A stretch of DNA of 64,000 nucleotides. Origin: Malacoraja senta (taxonomy: Eukaryota). Position numbers and translations under genes: made by a program. Below the pieces are notes generated by a model that made no database searches, was not told the origin of the DNA, and was given only the letters and a program-made list of their open reading frames with translations. This document shows positions 48,015 to 59,462 of the stretch, one piece after another; the first letter of the stretch is position 1; each line of letters opens with the position of its first letter. The stretch spans positions 1 through 64,000 of the forward strand of contig JAXLNO010002078.1 of the NCBI GenBank assembly GCA_038087875.1, given 5' to 3'.

Positions 48015-48095
48015 ATGTCGTCGTCGGGGAGACTGCAGAAGGACGACATCGGCACCAAGATCAGCCGCCTGGCTCGTCGTGTGGAGGAACTCGAG
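48015..48095 (+). CDS. Probable first coding exon of an unidentified coiled-coil protein (MSSSGRLQKDDIGTKISRLARRVEELE)
   Basis: GGAAGATGT Kozak context, 27 codons, phase-0 donor GAG|GTGAAA followed by a G-rich tract; directly downstream of the promoter motifs. Not in the ORF track (too short). Confidence 0.65.
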
Positions 48096-48339
48096 GTGAA
48101 AACAAGAAAGGCCCTCGTGGAGACAGAGGGGGAGAGACGAGTGGCGAGGGGAGCAGTGGAGGGGGAGGTGAGGGAGAGAGGGAGGTGAGGGGTAGGGGGA
48201 GGTGAGGGGTAGGGGTAGGGGAGAGAAGGAGAGAGGGAATGGGGAAGGAGTGGAGGGGAGGAAGAGGTGAGGGGTAGGGGAGAGAAGGAGAGGGACTGGG
48301 GAAGGAGTGGAGGGGAGAGTGGGGATCATGGTTGGATTC

Positions 48340-49875
48340 AAATTGAGTTTATTGACATGCACAAGTATGGATAAAACAAGATATTAGTACAACAGATATT
48401 GAGGAAAAAAGAATGTCTACTTATGCAATATAATAATAATAATAATATAACTTTAATTGTCATTCAAATATACACATAGACACAGTGCACATTGAACGAA
48501 ATTTCGTTGCATTGACTCTTCCAAGTAGCAGCAGAATATACCATTTATATCAGGCGATCAGTAAAAATGCTTAGTGTGTCCATAAAAAGTGCTTTATGTG
48601 CATAGTTAAAAAAGGAACGTTTTTAAAAAGTGGCAATGTATAAGACAGTTTTTTGCATCGGTTTGATTGTGAGTTCAATAATCTTATGGCCTGGGGGTTG
48701 CAGAACCTGGTTGACCGGCCCTTCATGCTGCAGTACCTCCTCCCAGAGTTCAGCAGTGTAAACAGTCCATATTGTGGGTGTGTGGGGGCTCTGGTAATGC
48801 CCTTAGCTCTTGACAGACAGCGTTTGTAACCAATGTCCATGATGGAGGGAAGAGAAGTCCCAATGATTTTTTCCGCTGTCCTCACCACTCTCTGAAGGCA
48901 CTTCCAGTCCGCAGCTGTACAGCCGCCGCACCACACAGAGATGCAGCTGGTCATGACTGATTCAATGGTGCTTCTGTAGAATGTGGTGAGGATGGGAGGG
49001 TGGAGGTGTGATCTTCTCATCCTGCGGAGGAAGTACAAACGCTGCTGTGCCCGTTTTACCAGAGATGTGATGTTAGTAGCCCAAGTTAAGGTATCCGTTA
49101 TATGCACACCCAGGAACTTGATGCTTTTCACCTGCTCCACTGCTAAGTTGTTAATGCACAGCGGAGTGTGACTGGGCTGATTTTTCTTTCTGAAATCGAC
49201 GTCAATCTCCTTGGTTTTGTCCACATTTAGGAGAAGGTTGTTCCTGCTGCACCTCCTCTCTGTATGCCTGGTTGTCGTTGTTGCAGATGAGGCCCACTAC
49301 TGTTGTGTCAATAGCGTATTTGATGATATGGTTAGTAGTGGACTTGGCGACACAGTCATGTGTCATCAATGTGAAGAGCAGCGGACTCAGGACACAGCCC
49401 TGAGGGGAGCCGGTGCTCAGTGTGATGACCGAGGAGGTGTTCTTTCCCACCCGCACAGACTGGGGTCTTTCAGAAAGGAAATCCAGGATCTAGTTGCATA
49501 GTGTGGTATTGAATCCTAGGGGTGCCAGTTTGCTCACCAGATGCTGGGGGATTATCGTATTGAATGCTGAGCTGAAGTCAACAAACAGCATCCGCACGTT
49601 GGTGTTCTTCACCTCCAGGTGTTGTAGGCTCAGGTGGACTGCAGAGGAGATAGCATCCTCTGTGGAGCGGTTCGGGCGATAAGCAAACTGGAATGGGTCA
49701 AAACTGGGGGGTAGTTTAGAGACCATGTGCTGCTTAATAAGCCTCTCAAAGCACTTCATTATTATTGGTGTGAGTGCTACGGGGCGGTAATCATTCAGGC
49801 AGGTTATTGTAGACTTTTTGGGAACTGGTATGATGGTGGCTGTCTTGATGGAACAATGGCCTGGTTCAGGGAGGT
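48340..49875 (-). mobile_element. Rex1/Babar-type LINE RT region, 5'-truncated
   Basis: ORFs 49490..49903 ([21 protein letters not shown]), 49202..49456 ([10 protein letters not shown]) and 48571..49224 (KTKEI.VDFRK..AQQRLYFLRR). Confidence 0.88.
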
Positions 49876-49890
49876 GGCCCATAGTGTAAT

Positions 49891-50095
49891 GGCCCTGTCT
49901 CACGGTGCGAGTTGACCCACGAGGTACCCCGAGTGAAAGACTCGTGGTTGTGTACGAGATTCCAAGTGTATGATCAAGAATTTAACCGAGTTCCCACGGG
50001 TATGACTACGTTTGCCGTTAACTTGTCATTTTTGCGATGTTCCAAGTTCGTGTCCCGAGTTACCAAGTTCCTCTCCCGAGTTACTCTTGAGCCAA
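49891..50095 (+). mobile_element. Harbinger-like MITE left arm; matching right arm ~55200-55484
   Basis: GGCCCTGTCTCACGGTGCGAGTTGACCCACGAGGTACCCCGAG (49891-49933) is the near reverse complement of 55444-55484. Confidence 0.6.
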
Positions 50096-50133
50096 ACGTG
50101 AATGAAGGTCTGTTTTAATAAGCAACAGTGTTA

Positions 50134-50161
50134 CTGAAGAAGGGTTTCGACCCGAAACGTC
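50134..50161 (+). ncRNA. Minimal type-I hammerhead ribozyme-like core (best copy)
   Basis: CUGAAGA-A-GGGU(UUCG)ACCC-GAAA-CG-UC: core, stem II with UUCG loop, palindromic minimal stem III and GUC triplet. Stem I is not evident, so activity is unproven. Confidence 0.55.
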
Positions 50162-52649
50162 GCATATCTCTTCTCTCCGTAGGTGCTGCCTCACCCGCTG
50201 AGTTTCTCCAGCATTTTTTGTTTGCCTTTGCATATTTACAAGCCTTGTTATCACCATTTTTAAACAAAACAATATTCATGCTCAACATTATGTTTATCGA
50301 AGTACGTTCACTGTACTTCCTTTACTGTAATAGACGTTGGAACCTCCTGAGTTTGTGATGGGCGCTATTTAAATACAGGGATGTCTCTTCATTGCTGGAC
50401 GTTTTTCCCTGTAACATATTTAATAGAATTTAAACTTTATAATTAAACTATTCGCATCCGCATATAAAATCTGAATTAAGCCGAATTACTCATTGAACTG
50501 GCAATCGTGACATGAAAGCCATAAAGACGGAAATGGCAGACACAGACGCAGAATATTTGTATCTGCATTGCATTTACGTGCAGTTCATTTGGACCACAGT
50601 CTATGGCCCTTCCGCTGCAGGATATTGAAATGGGGACACCCGTCAGACAAGGGTAGGGATATCACCCTAAGGGGCACATAGCGACAAGAGAGTTTTGTTT
50701 AAATATAGATGGAAACACTCCTAAGTATGACACTATTGAATGTATAGACACTGATAATGCATTGCACTGTTTTTGTTTTATGCACATTTCTTATTCTGAG
50801 TAAAGTTTATTTTAGAAAAATATCAAAGGCATTAACCACTGAGAATCTATGAAAAGATTTCACACGGTTTTTGTTTTATACATATTTTTATTCAGGAGAA
50901 ACATTATTTTTGAAATTACACATGGCATTGGTGTATTGCATATCCTGTACATCTTTTTATGAATAAAGTTAAAAAATAAAAAAAAATCCACTGAAGGCAC
51001 TGTTGTGTTTTTAAATTGATCTCAGTAACTGCAGGAGCATTTGTTAATGAAACAACATTCTCAAGTATCTTAATAATAAACCACGGTTTAAGTTTTCGCA
51101 AAAGCCTTTAGGAATGGCAATAACCTTTCAAATACTGACCGTTAATGAGGACGTAATAAATTTAAGCTGGAGTAAGCAATCCTTGGGTCTTCTCCGCCGT
51201 CCAGGTAGATCACGGCTGATCTAGTTTCTTCTTCATAGTGTGTGGAGCTCCGTCCGGCGCGGTCTGTTGGCTTGGAAGCCGCGGTCTTCGGTGGGAAGGT
51301 GGTCGTTCCTGGAACCCCAAGCCGCTGGGGGTTCTCCCGACGCCGGAGCACCATCACCCGGCGAGAACATCGGGCGCTGTGGCGGCGACTGTGGAGGCCT
51401 CAGTGGGCTCGACTCTGGGTGGACAAGAGGATGGGGACTGGACTTTGTGCCTTCCCCCACAGTGGTTCCCACTGTGGAGGGATGTTTTGGTGTTGAACTT
51501 ATTTTTAATACTGTGTTGTATTTTATTAGTGTGCTGCAAGGACATCTGAATTTCCCCTGAATAAGGGGATTAATAAAGTCTAATTCAATTCAATTCAATT
51601 CAATTCAATATGATATCCTATGAATTGATAACGAGTTTTCCAGGCGAAGCAGAACTTTTGCAATATCCGTTGCAGAAACAGGGGGTGCGCAGTTTAATAT
51701 TACCTGCACCCTATAATCAGTGACTGGATTCTTGCTTTTCAATCAAAATAAGAAAGCACCACGTTAATTCACGAGAAAGTACATTGCAAAGCTCGATTCT
51801 ACAAATATAGCAAACTCTCAAAATATTGTTCCTTTGTCTACAGTTTATAGTCTTTAACTATTTATTTTTTTAACTGTGGTCTAATGTATTAAACTATTGG
51901 TAAAAAAAACAACCAAAGGAAATATGCAGGATTATGTCACTTTTTAACATCTGCTGGCAGAAAATATATTTACTACTCTACATATATTTATCAAAATAAA
52001 GAAGTGTACTCTACTATATGTAGAGTAGTAAATATATTGTAAATATTTTATAAATGTCACTTGCTGTAGAATTTTGTTCAGAAATAATTAAAATAGCAAG
52101 TGAAATGTAGTTATATTGCCAGGGAACGGCTTAAAATTGCTTGCTAAATTTAGGTTAGCAATAAAACACAGCAACGATTCAAATAAATTATTTCATTATT
52201 GTCACGTGTAAAAGCTTTGTTTTGCATACTATCTTATCAGATGGATAGCATCGGTTTGGAAGGATATGGGCCATACGCTGGCATGTGGGGCGCCATGTTC
52301 GGCATGGAGAAATTGGACCAAATAAGCTGTTTCCGTGTTGTATGACTGACTCGATGAGTAGCAATGTTACAACATTTTGAGATTTAAAAAATCAAGTCTG
52401 TAATTTATCCCGTCAGATAAAGCATAAAAAGACGTTTAATTTGACACCTAATTCACTTTCATATCTTCAGTATTAAAAAAGCTATGGCCATTTTCATACT
52501 CGGAAATTAGCATCTTGTTCCCTATTGCTTTTCCATTGACTTAACACAAAAGCTGTGATCGAGGACAGTCAAAAGCCCATAACTTTCTTAAAAATTAAGA
52601 GAACTGAAAGAAATTTTCAGTTATTATAGATTGAAGCATTCTGAAACAA

Positions 52650-54385
52650 ATATAATAATAATAATAATAATATCTTTTATTGTCATTGCACGTCAGTGCA
52701 ACGAGATTTAGTATGCAGCTCCACCGATGTACAAGAAAAGTAAAATAAATAAACCATGTGAGGTCCTCTGAAATGTGAGTGCCCAGAAACTTAAAGCTGG
52801 ACACTCTCTCCACACTTTCCCCGTAAATGGAGATTGGGGCGTATTCACCATTATGGGACCTCCTGAAGTCAATAATCAGCTCCTTGGTCTTGGAGGTGTT
52901 TAGTGACAAGTTGTTATGAGCGCACCAGTCCGCCAGGTTCTGCACTCTGTATTTTGTTTCATCACTGTTGGTGATCACCGTTGGTGTCGTCTGCAAACTT
53001 CACGATGGTGTTGGTGTCGAATGCAGGGACACAGTCGTGAGTGAAGAGGGAGTAGAGCATGGGGCTTAGTACACAGCCCTGTGGTGCTCAGGGTGATAGT
53101 GGAGGACAGGTGCGGGCCCAGTCTCACTGCCTGCGGTCGTTCCGTCAGAAAGTTCAAGATCCAATCGCATATCGAGTTTGGTGGTGAGCTTGGGTATTGA
53201 TGACCGTATTGAATGCAGAGCTATAGTCAATGAAGAGCTTCCTCACATACGTGCCCTGTCTGTCCAGGTGAGTCAGGACAGTGTGAAGAGCCAGAGAGAT
53301 GGCATCCCCTGTATGCAAATTGATGGGAGTCCAGTGAGGCAGGGATGCTGGATTTGATATGGGAGAGGACCAGCCTTTTGAAGCACTTCATCGGGGTTGG
53401 AGTTAGGGCAACCGGGCGGTAGTCGTTCAGGTTGGTGACTTTGGACTTTTTCGGCACCGGCACTATGGTGGCTGTTTTCAGGCACTTGGGGACCGTTGCC
53501 AGAGATAGAGACAGATTGAAGATTCTCGTGAATACCTCCGCCAGCTGTACAGCACAGTCCTTTAGTACCCTTCCCTGGACTCCATCCGGGCCTGCAGCCT
53601 TGCGTGGATTAATCCTACGCAGAGCGCACTGTACCTCCTGGGTGCTCAGTGTTAAGGCCTGTCCCTCCGCCATGGCCGGGGTTATTCCACTCCTGGTGGT
53701 GTTGCCAGTTTCGAACCGGGCAAAGAAGGTGTTTAGTTCGTTGGCCAGTGTGATATCACCGTGGGGGCAGGCGGGGCTGCTCTTGTAGTCGGTGATGTCC
53801 CTGACACCCTGCCACATGCTTCTGGTGTCCGCGGTGTTGAAGTGGTCTTCTACCCTTTGCCTGTGGATGTCTTTGGCCTTTTTTGTGCCTCTGTTCAGGT
53901 TCGACCTGGCCGCACTGTAAGCAGAAGTGTCCCTGGATTTAAAGGTATTGTTGCGTGCCTTTAGCATATCCTGAACCTCCTTGTTCATCCAGGGTTTCCG
54001 GTTTGGGAACATCTTTATTTGCTTGTCCACTGTGACAGTCTCCGCACAGCAATTGATGTAGGAGAGCACAGTGGAAGTGTACTCCTCCAAGTCTACCTCT
54101 GTACCACTGGTAGCCTGTTGTGCAAACAGGTCCCAGTTGGTGCGATCAAAGCAGTCCTGGAGTTGTAGGGTGGCGTCCTCGGGCCATATTTTGACCGTCC
54201 TTATTGCAGGTTTGGTCTTGCGGATGAGGGGTTTGTATGCAGGCAGTATAAACAGTGAGAGGTGATTGGATTGTCCCAGGGATGGGCGGGGGAGAGCTCT
54301 GTATGCGTCCTTGATGTTGGTGTACACTTTATCCAACGTGTTTGAGCCCCTGGTAGGGCACTGCACATGCTGGTGGAATTTGCGG
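52650..54385 (-). mobile_element. Rex1/Babar-type LINE (third family), end of APE + RT, internally deleted
   Basis: ORF 53227..54366: [33 protein letters not shown]; further pieces at 52975..53157 and 52595..52996. It interrupts an AT-rich repeat (~52340-52640 / ~54390-55080) of unresolved class. Confidence 0.88.
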
Positions 54386-56582
54386 ACAATCTTACTTAGA
54401 TGACATGAAATTAAAGCATATAATTAGTTAGTACCTAATTGTAGCTAATTACAAAATTCAATTACTAGATCTAAACATCTTATCAATTTCTTAAGAATAG
54501 ATTAACATTTTTAAATAGCCTAAGTGTCCAAATAACATTCACACAAGAATTCACAATATAACATCATTTTTAAATCTCATTGTCATGGATTTATAGGCCA
54601 AATGGAACGAATACCTGTAATGTTTAATACCTGTAAATTAATGGGCATTTAAATCATCTTGCGAGTGGGTTTTTCTGGAACGCGATCATTTGGAACGTTG
54701 ATTTGCGGTGAATTTAACCCCGTATCGGCATGAAAAATACTGCCATTAGTTCGGGGAAAAGAATCACCTTTTCGCAAATTAAAATGTGAATTAAAGGCCT
54801 CTTAAGGAGCACCTAAACTGCTTTTCGTTTACCTGTCCCGTTTACCTGTCCCGTGCGTGAAATCCGTCCCCGTTGTCGGCGTTGACGGCTTCAGAAGCTG
54901 ATTTTAAAATGACTCCAGCGCTGAACTTGTCGGGAGATTTTTAAAACAAAATACACATAACGCCCATCGGAACGATTCTTCAGCTAAAGCTGACACTCCA
55001 ACGAAATATAATTCAGGACAAGGTAGGAGAAACCCGCGTTTTAACCCCGCCCCCCCTTCAAAGGCGGCAAAATAGCGCACACAGCTAGAGGCAAAAGTGG
55101 ATGTAGTGTATCTAGACTGATGTCAAAATACCGTGGCTGGATTTATTAATTAAACGGAGCTCTGATGAAAGATCGCACTCGAAACGTTAATCCAACACGG
55201 TAGACTCAAGAGTCACTAAGTTTAACTCAAGGGCCACCAAGTTCTTACAAATGTTTCAATTTTTAACCTCAAGAGTAAATTTTACTCGTGGAAAACTTTA
55301 AACATGTTTGAACTTTTTCAACAGTTAACAAGTTTCACGGGTACCTGCCGTTAGCGCCACGAGTCGCTAAGTTGCGTCCACGAGTTCCGACGTTCCCACT
55401 ACGTTAATTGTAAGTGATTACCACGAGTTAAATTTGTTTTAAGCTCGGGGTACCTCGTGGGTCAGCTCGCACCGTGAGACGGGTTTAACTGTGTTTAATT
55501 GAGAGGGAGGGGGAGAGAGGGAGGGGTAGAGGGGGAGAGGGAGGCCTTCAGATGAAATTTAGCATTGTTGGTAGGTGTTGTAGGGAATTTTGAAAATGTT
55601 AAGTAAGATAAGTAGGAACTCGCATACTGGGAAGCATGGTGTGGACAATGGCCAAGAATGTAGTCAGAATAGCAAAGCTGAATCATTTTGCTGAAAAGCA
55701 GACTGGAGGACAGAGGATCTAAGGGGGTAGAGGAACTGAAATAAATTTTCATTAGGCGAGAAATAGTATTGGGTTGGCTAATGGGACTGAAGGATGATAA
55801 ATCCCCTGGGCCTGATGGTCTGCATCCCAGGGTTCTCAGGGAGGTGGCTCTAGAAATAGTGGACGCATTGGTGATCATTTTCCAATGTTGAATAGATTCA
55901 GGACCAGTTGCTGTGGATTGGAGGACAGCTAATGTTATCCCACTTTTCAATAAAGGAGCGAGAGAAAAAAAGGGGAATTACAGACCAGTTAGCCGGGAGG
56001 AGGGAGGGAGAGGGAGGCCTCCCAGTTAGAATTACAGACCAGTTAGGTGGGAAAGATGCTGGAGTCAATTATTAAAGAGGTAATAATGGGGCATTTGGAT
56101 AGCAGTAAAAGCATTAGTCCAAGTCAACATGGATTTATGAAAGGGAAATCATGCTTGACTAATCTACTGGAATTTTTTGAGGATGTGACAAGTAAAATGG
56201 ATGAAGGGGTGCCAGTGGATGTAGTGTATCTAGACTTTCAGAAAACCTTTGATAAGGTCCCGCACGGGAGACTGGTGACTAAAATTAGAGCACGGTATTA
56301 GAGGTAGGGTGTTGACATGGATAGAAAATTGGTTGGCAGACCGGAAGCAAAGAGTAGGAGTGAACAGGTCCTTTTCAGAATGGGATGCAGTGGCGAGTGG
56401 ACTTGGGGACGCAACTGTTTACCATATAAATTAATGATTTGGAAGAGGGAATTAGGAGCAACACTAGCAAGTTTGCGGATGACACAAAGCTGGGTGGCAG
56501 TGTGAACTGTGAAGAGGATGTTAGGAGGTTGCAGGGTGACCTGGACAGGTTGAGTGAGTGGGCAGATGCGTGGCAGATGCAG

Positions 56583-59462
56583 CAGGGCTGGAAATTAGCG
56601 GTTGCCTGGGCCCCATTGACCACAGAAAGTGCCCCCGGGCAACCTAAACGGCGACTCATTTTGCCCGGCTTGGCACCCAAATACTGGTTTATACCGGTAG
56701 ACGCAAAAAACTGGAGTAACTCATGCAGCATCTCCAGCGAATAGGAACTGACGTTTCGGGTCAGCGGCTGTATTCCTCTAGTATCTTTGATTGCGGGTCA
56801 AAGATACTAGGTGCCTGGTGACGAAGGGTCGGGGCGAATGACGGGCCCCGAACAGCGGCAACAGCGGCCGCGACAGCAGCTCCACCGCCTCCCGCCCGGC
56901 GGAAGGAGGCCTCCCTCTTTCCCCCCCCTCCTCGGCGTGCGAGAGGGGGTTGTTTTGAAAGCGTCTTTTGCGGATTTGCCATCAGTGGCTCCTATCGCCC
57001 TGATAACGGTCGCTGCTTGCAACTCCGCTAACGACACTTTCAAACCAACCCCACTCGCACGCCGAGGCCGGGAGGAGGGAGGGAGAGGGAGGCCTCCTTC
57101 CGCCGTCTGAAGCAGCTGCACCAAAGATCCTACAGCTATAGGATCTTTGAGCTGCACCGCTCGGCCCCGCACCTTCCTGTCGGCTGGCGGAGGAGGGGAG
57201 GCGGTGGCGAGGAGGCGGCGACGGCACTTTGGTGTTGGACAGGGACGGCCAAGGCAGCGGGGCGATGTCCGAGGAGCGCTTACCTTTCTTCCTCCCCACC
57301 TCCTCTGCCCCTTCCCCCCCCCCCCTCTTTCTCTCTCTCTCTCTTGTACGCCCCCCTCCACCGCTCTTATCCTGGGACCCCTCCTCTCCATCCCGCACTG
57401 ATCCCCATTCCCTCCTCTATTCAGTCCTCACTGACATCCTCTGTGCTCCCCTCCCCATCTACCCCCCCCCAATCTATTCATCACCCTACCCACCTCGCAA
57501 TGATTCTTCTGCCACCCCCCCCCCCCATCCACCCTACACTGGTCCCCCAATTCATCCTGTACTGATCCCCCTTCCCATCCATCCTGCACTTCTCCCCCCC
57601 CCCATTCATACTGCACTGATCCCCCCATTCATCCCGTACTGACCCACCCTCCATTTACCCTGCACCAAGCCCCCCATCCATCCTGTAGTGATCTCCGCAT
57701 TCATCTTTTACTGATCCCCCATTCATCCTGTACTGATCCCCTCATTCATCCTGTAGTGAACTCCCATTCATCCTGCATAGACCCTCCGATCCACACTGCT
57801 CTGACCCCCCCATTCATCCTGTACTGATCCCCCCCATTCATCCTGTGCTGATCCCCCCCATTCAAAAAGAATGGGGGGAACAGTCTGAAGAAGGGTCTCG
57901 ACCCGAAACGTTGCTTATTTCCTTAGCTCCATAGATGCTGCCTCACCCGCTGAATTTCTCCAGCCTTTTTGTCTACCCCCATTCGTCCTGTACTGAACCC
58001 CCATTCATCCTATACTGATTCCCCCCATCCATCCCATATTGATCCCCCCCCATTCAACACCACTGACATCGCCCGTGCTCTCCTCTCACAATTTTACATA
58101 CTCCAACCATCACGTACTAACCACCTGCCGCAATCCATACATTCCGCACCGATTGCCTTCTCAACCCCCCCCTCCCCCCCGCCATCTATCCACCCCGCAC
58201 TGATTCACACACCCCCTGACCCTATTGTGCTTCATGGTCTTCAGAGCGAACATTGATTATGTTTGATAACTGAATGTAATCAAATGTGTTTTAATTCCCA
58301 ATGTTATTATTTGTTTTTGACACCTTTAAACATATTACCAAAAGAACATTTGCTGCAGTTATGTCCTTTGGCCATCTCTTGTCAGTTAGTGTAATGTTTA
58401 ACCTGTCAGATGGGTATACATAGATACACAGAAAATAGGTGCAGGAGTAGGCCATTCGGCCCTTCGAGCCTGCACTGCCATTCAATATGATCATGGCTGA
58501 TCATCCAACTCAGTATCCCGTACCTGCCTTCTCTCCATACCCCCTGATCCCTTTAGCCACAAGGGCCACATCTAACTCCCTCTTAAATATAGCCAATGAG
58601 CTGGCCTCAACTACCCTCTGTGGCAGAGAGTTCCAGAGATTCACCACTCTCTGTGTGAAAAAGTTTTTTCTCATCTCGGTCTTAAAGGATTTCCCCCTTA
58701 TCCTTAAGCTGTGACCCCTTGTCCTGGACTTCCCCAACATCGGGAACAATCTTCCTGCATCTAGCCTGTCCAACCCCATAAGAATGTTGTAAGTTTCTAT
58801 AAGATCCCCTCTCAATCTCCTAAATTCTAGCGAGTATAAGCCAAGTCTATCCAGTCTTTCTTCATATGAAAGTCCTGACATCCCAGGAATCAGTCTGGTA
58901 TAGTCGGTACAGTCAGGAATAGTCGGTATTAACAGCTATTATCATAAAATGCCTTTAGAAATTTCCTTGCAACCTGTATATTTTGTTATGGATAAATTAT
59001 GTGGGAAGCCAGAGTGTTTCTGTGCCAATAGCAATAACGACCCATGCTATGGACATGTCATGGTAATTTTCGGTCCTTCACAGAAAATATGGTTGGATCA
59101 ATTTGTAGTGTGTATGGTTAAGCATATGCTGATGGGTTTCACCCTTCTTCAGACTGATGGGTTTCGGCCTGAAACGTTGCTTATTTCCTTCGCTCCATAG
59201 ATGCTGCTGCACTCGCTGAGTTTCTCCAGCACTTTTGTCTACCTTTGATTTTCCAGCATCTGCAGTTCCTTCTTGAACATAATATGTGAATGCTTCATTG
59301 AGCATAATTCCGAATGGTACCTACGCACTTCGTCCGAGCACATTATCGCACGGGTCATGCAAACCGTCTTCAATGACCACCTAAACTGTCATTTGGCAAC
59401 CTAAAAAGCTGTCAAGGTTGCCCGGCTGGCAACAGGGGGGAAAAAGTTAAGTGAGAGCCCTG
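56583..59462. mobile_element. Non-autonomous hAT-like DNA transposon, copy B, inserted in CR1 RT
   Basis: Ends are CAGGGCTG...GAGCCCTG with a perfect 5-bp TSD TGCAG (56578-56582 / 59463-59467). CR1 ..WQMQ|YN.. is rejoined on removal. Confidence 0.9.

Noticed and set aside
50866-50904. RSS nonamer GGTTTTTGT; also isolated CACAGTG/CACTGTG heptamers (e.g. ~44008, 48481, ~51457)
   Set aside because: No matching heptamer/nonamer at 12- or 23-bp spacing, and most heptamers lie inside repeats.
51644-51700. Acceptor TTTTCCAG|GCGAAGCAG as exon 2 of the 48015 gene
   Set aside because: In-frame stop after 17 codons with no good donor before it; no supporting homology.
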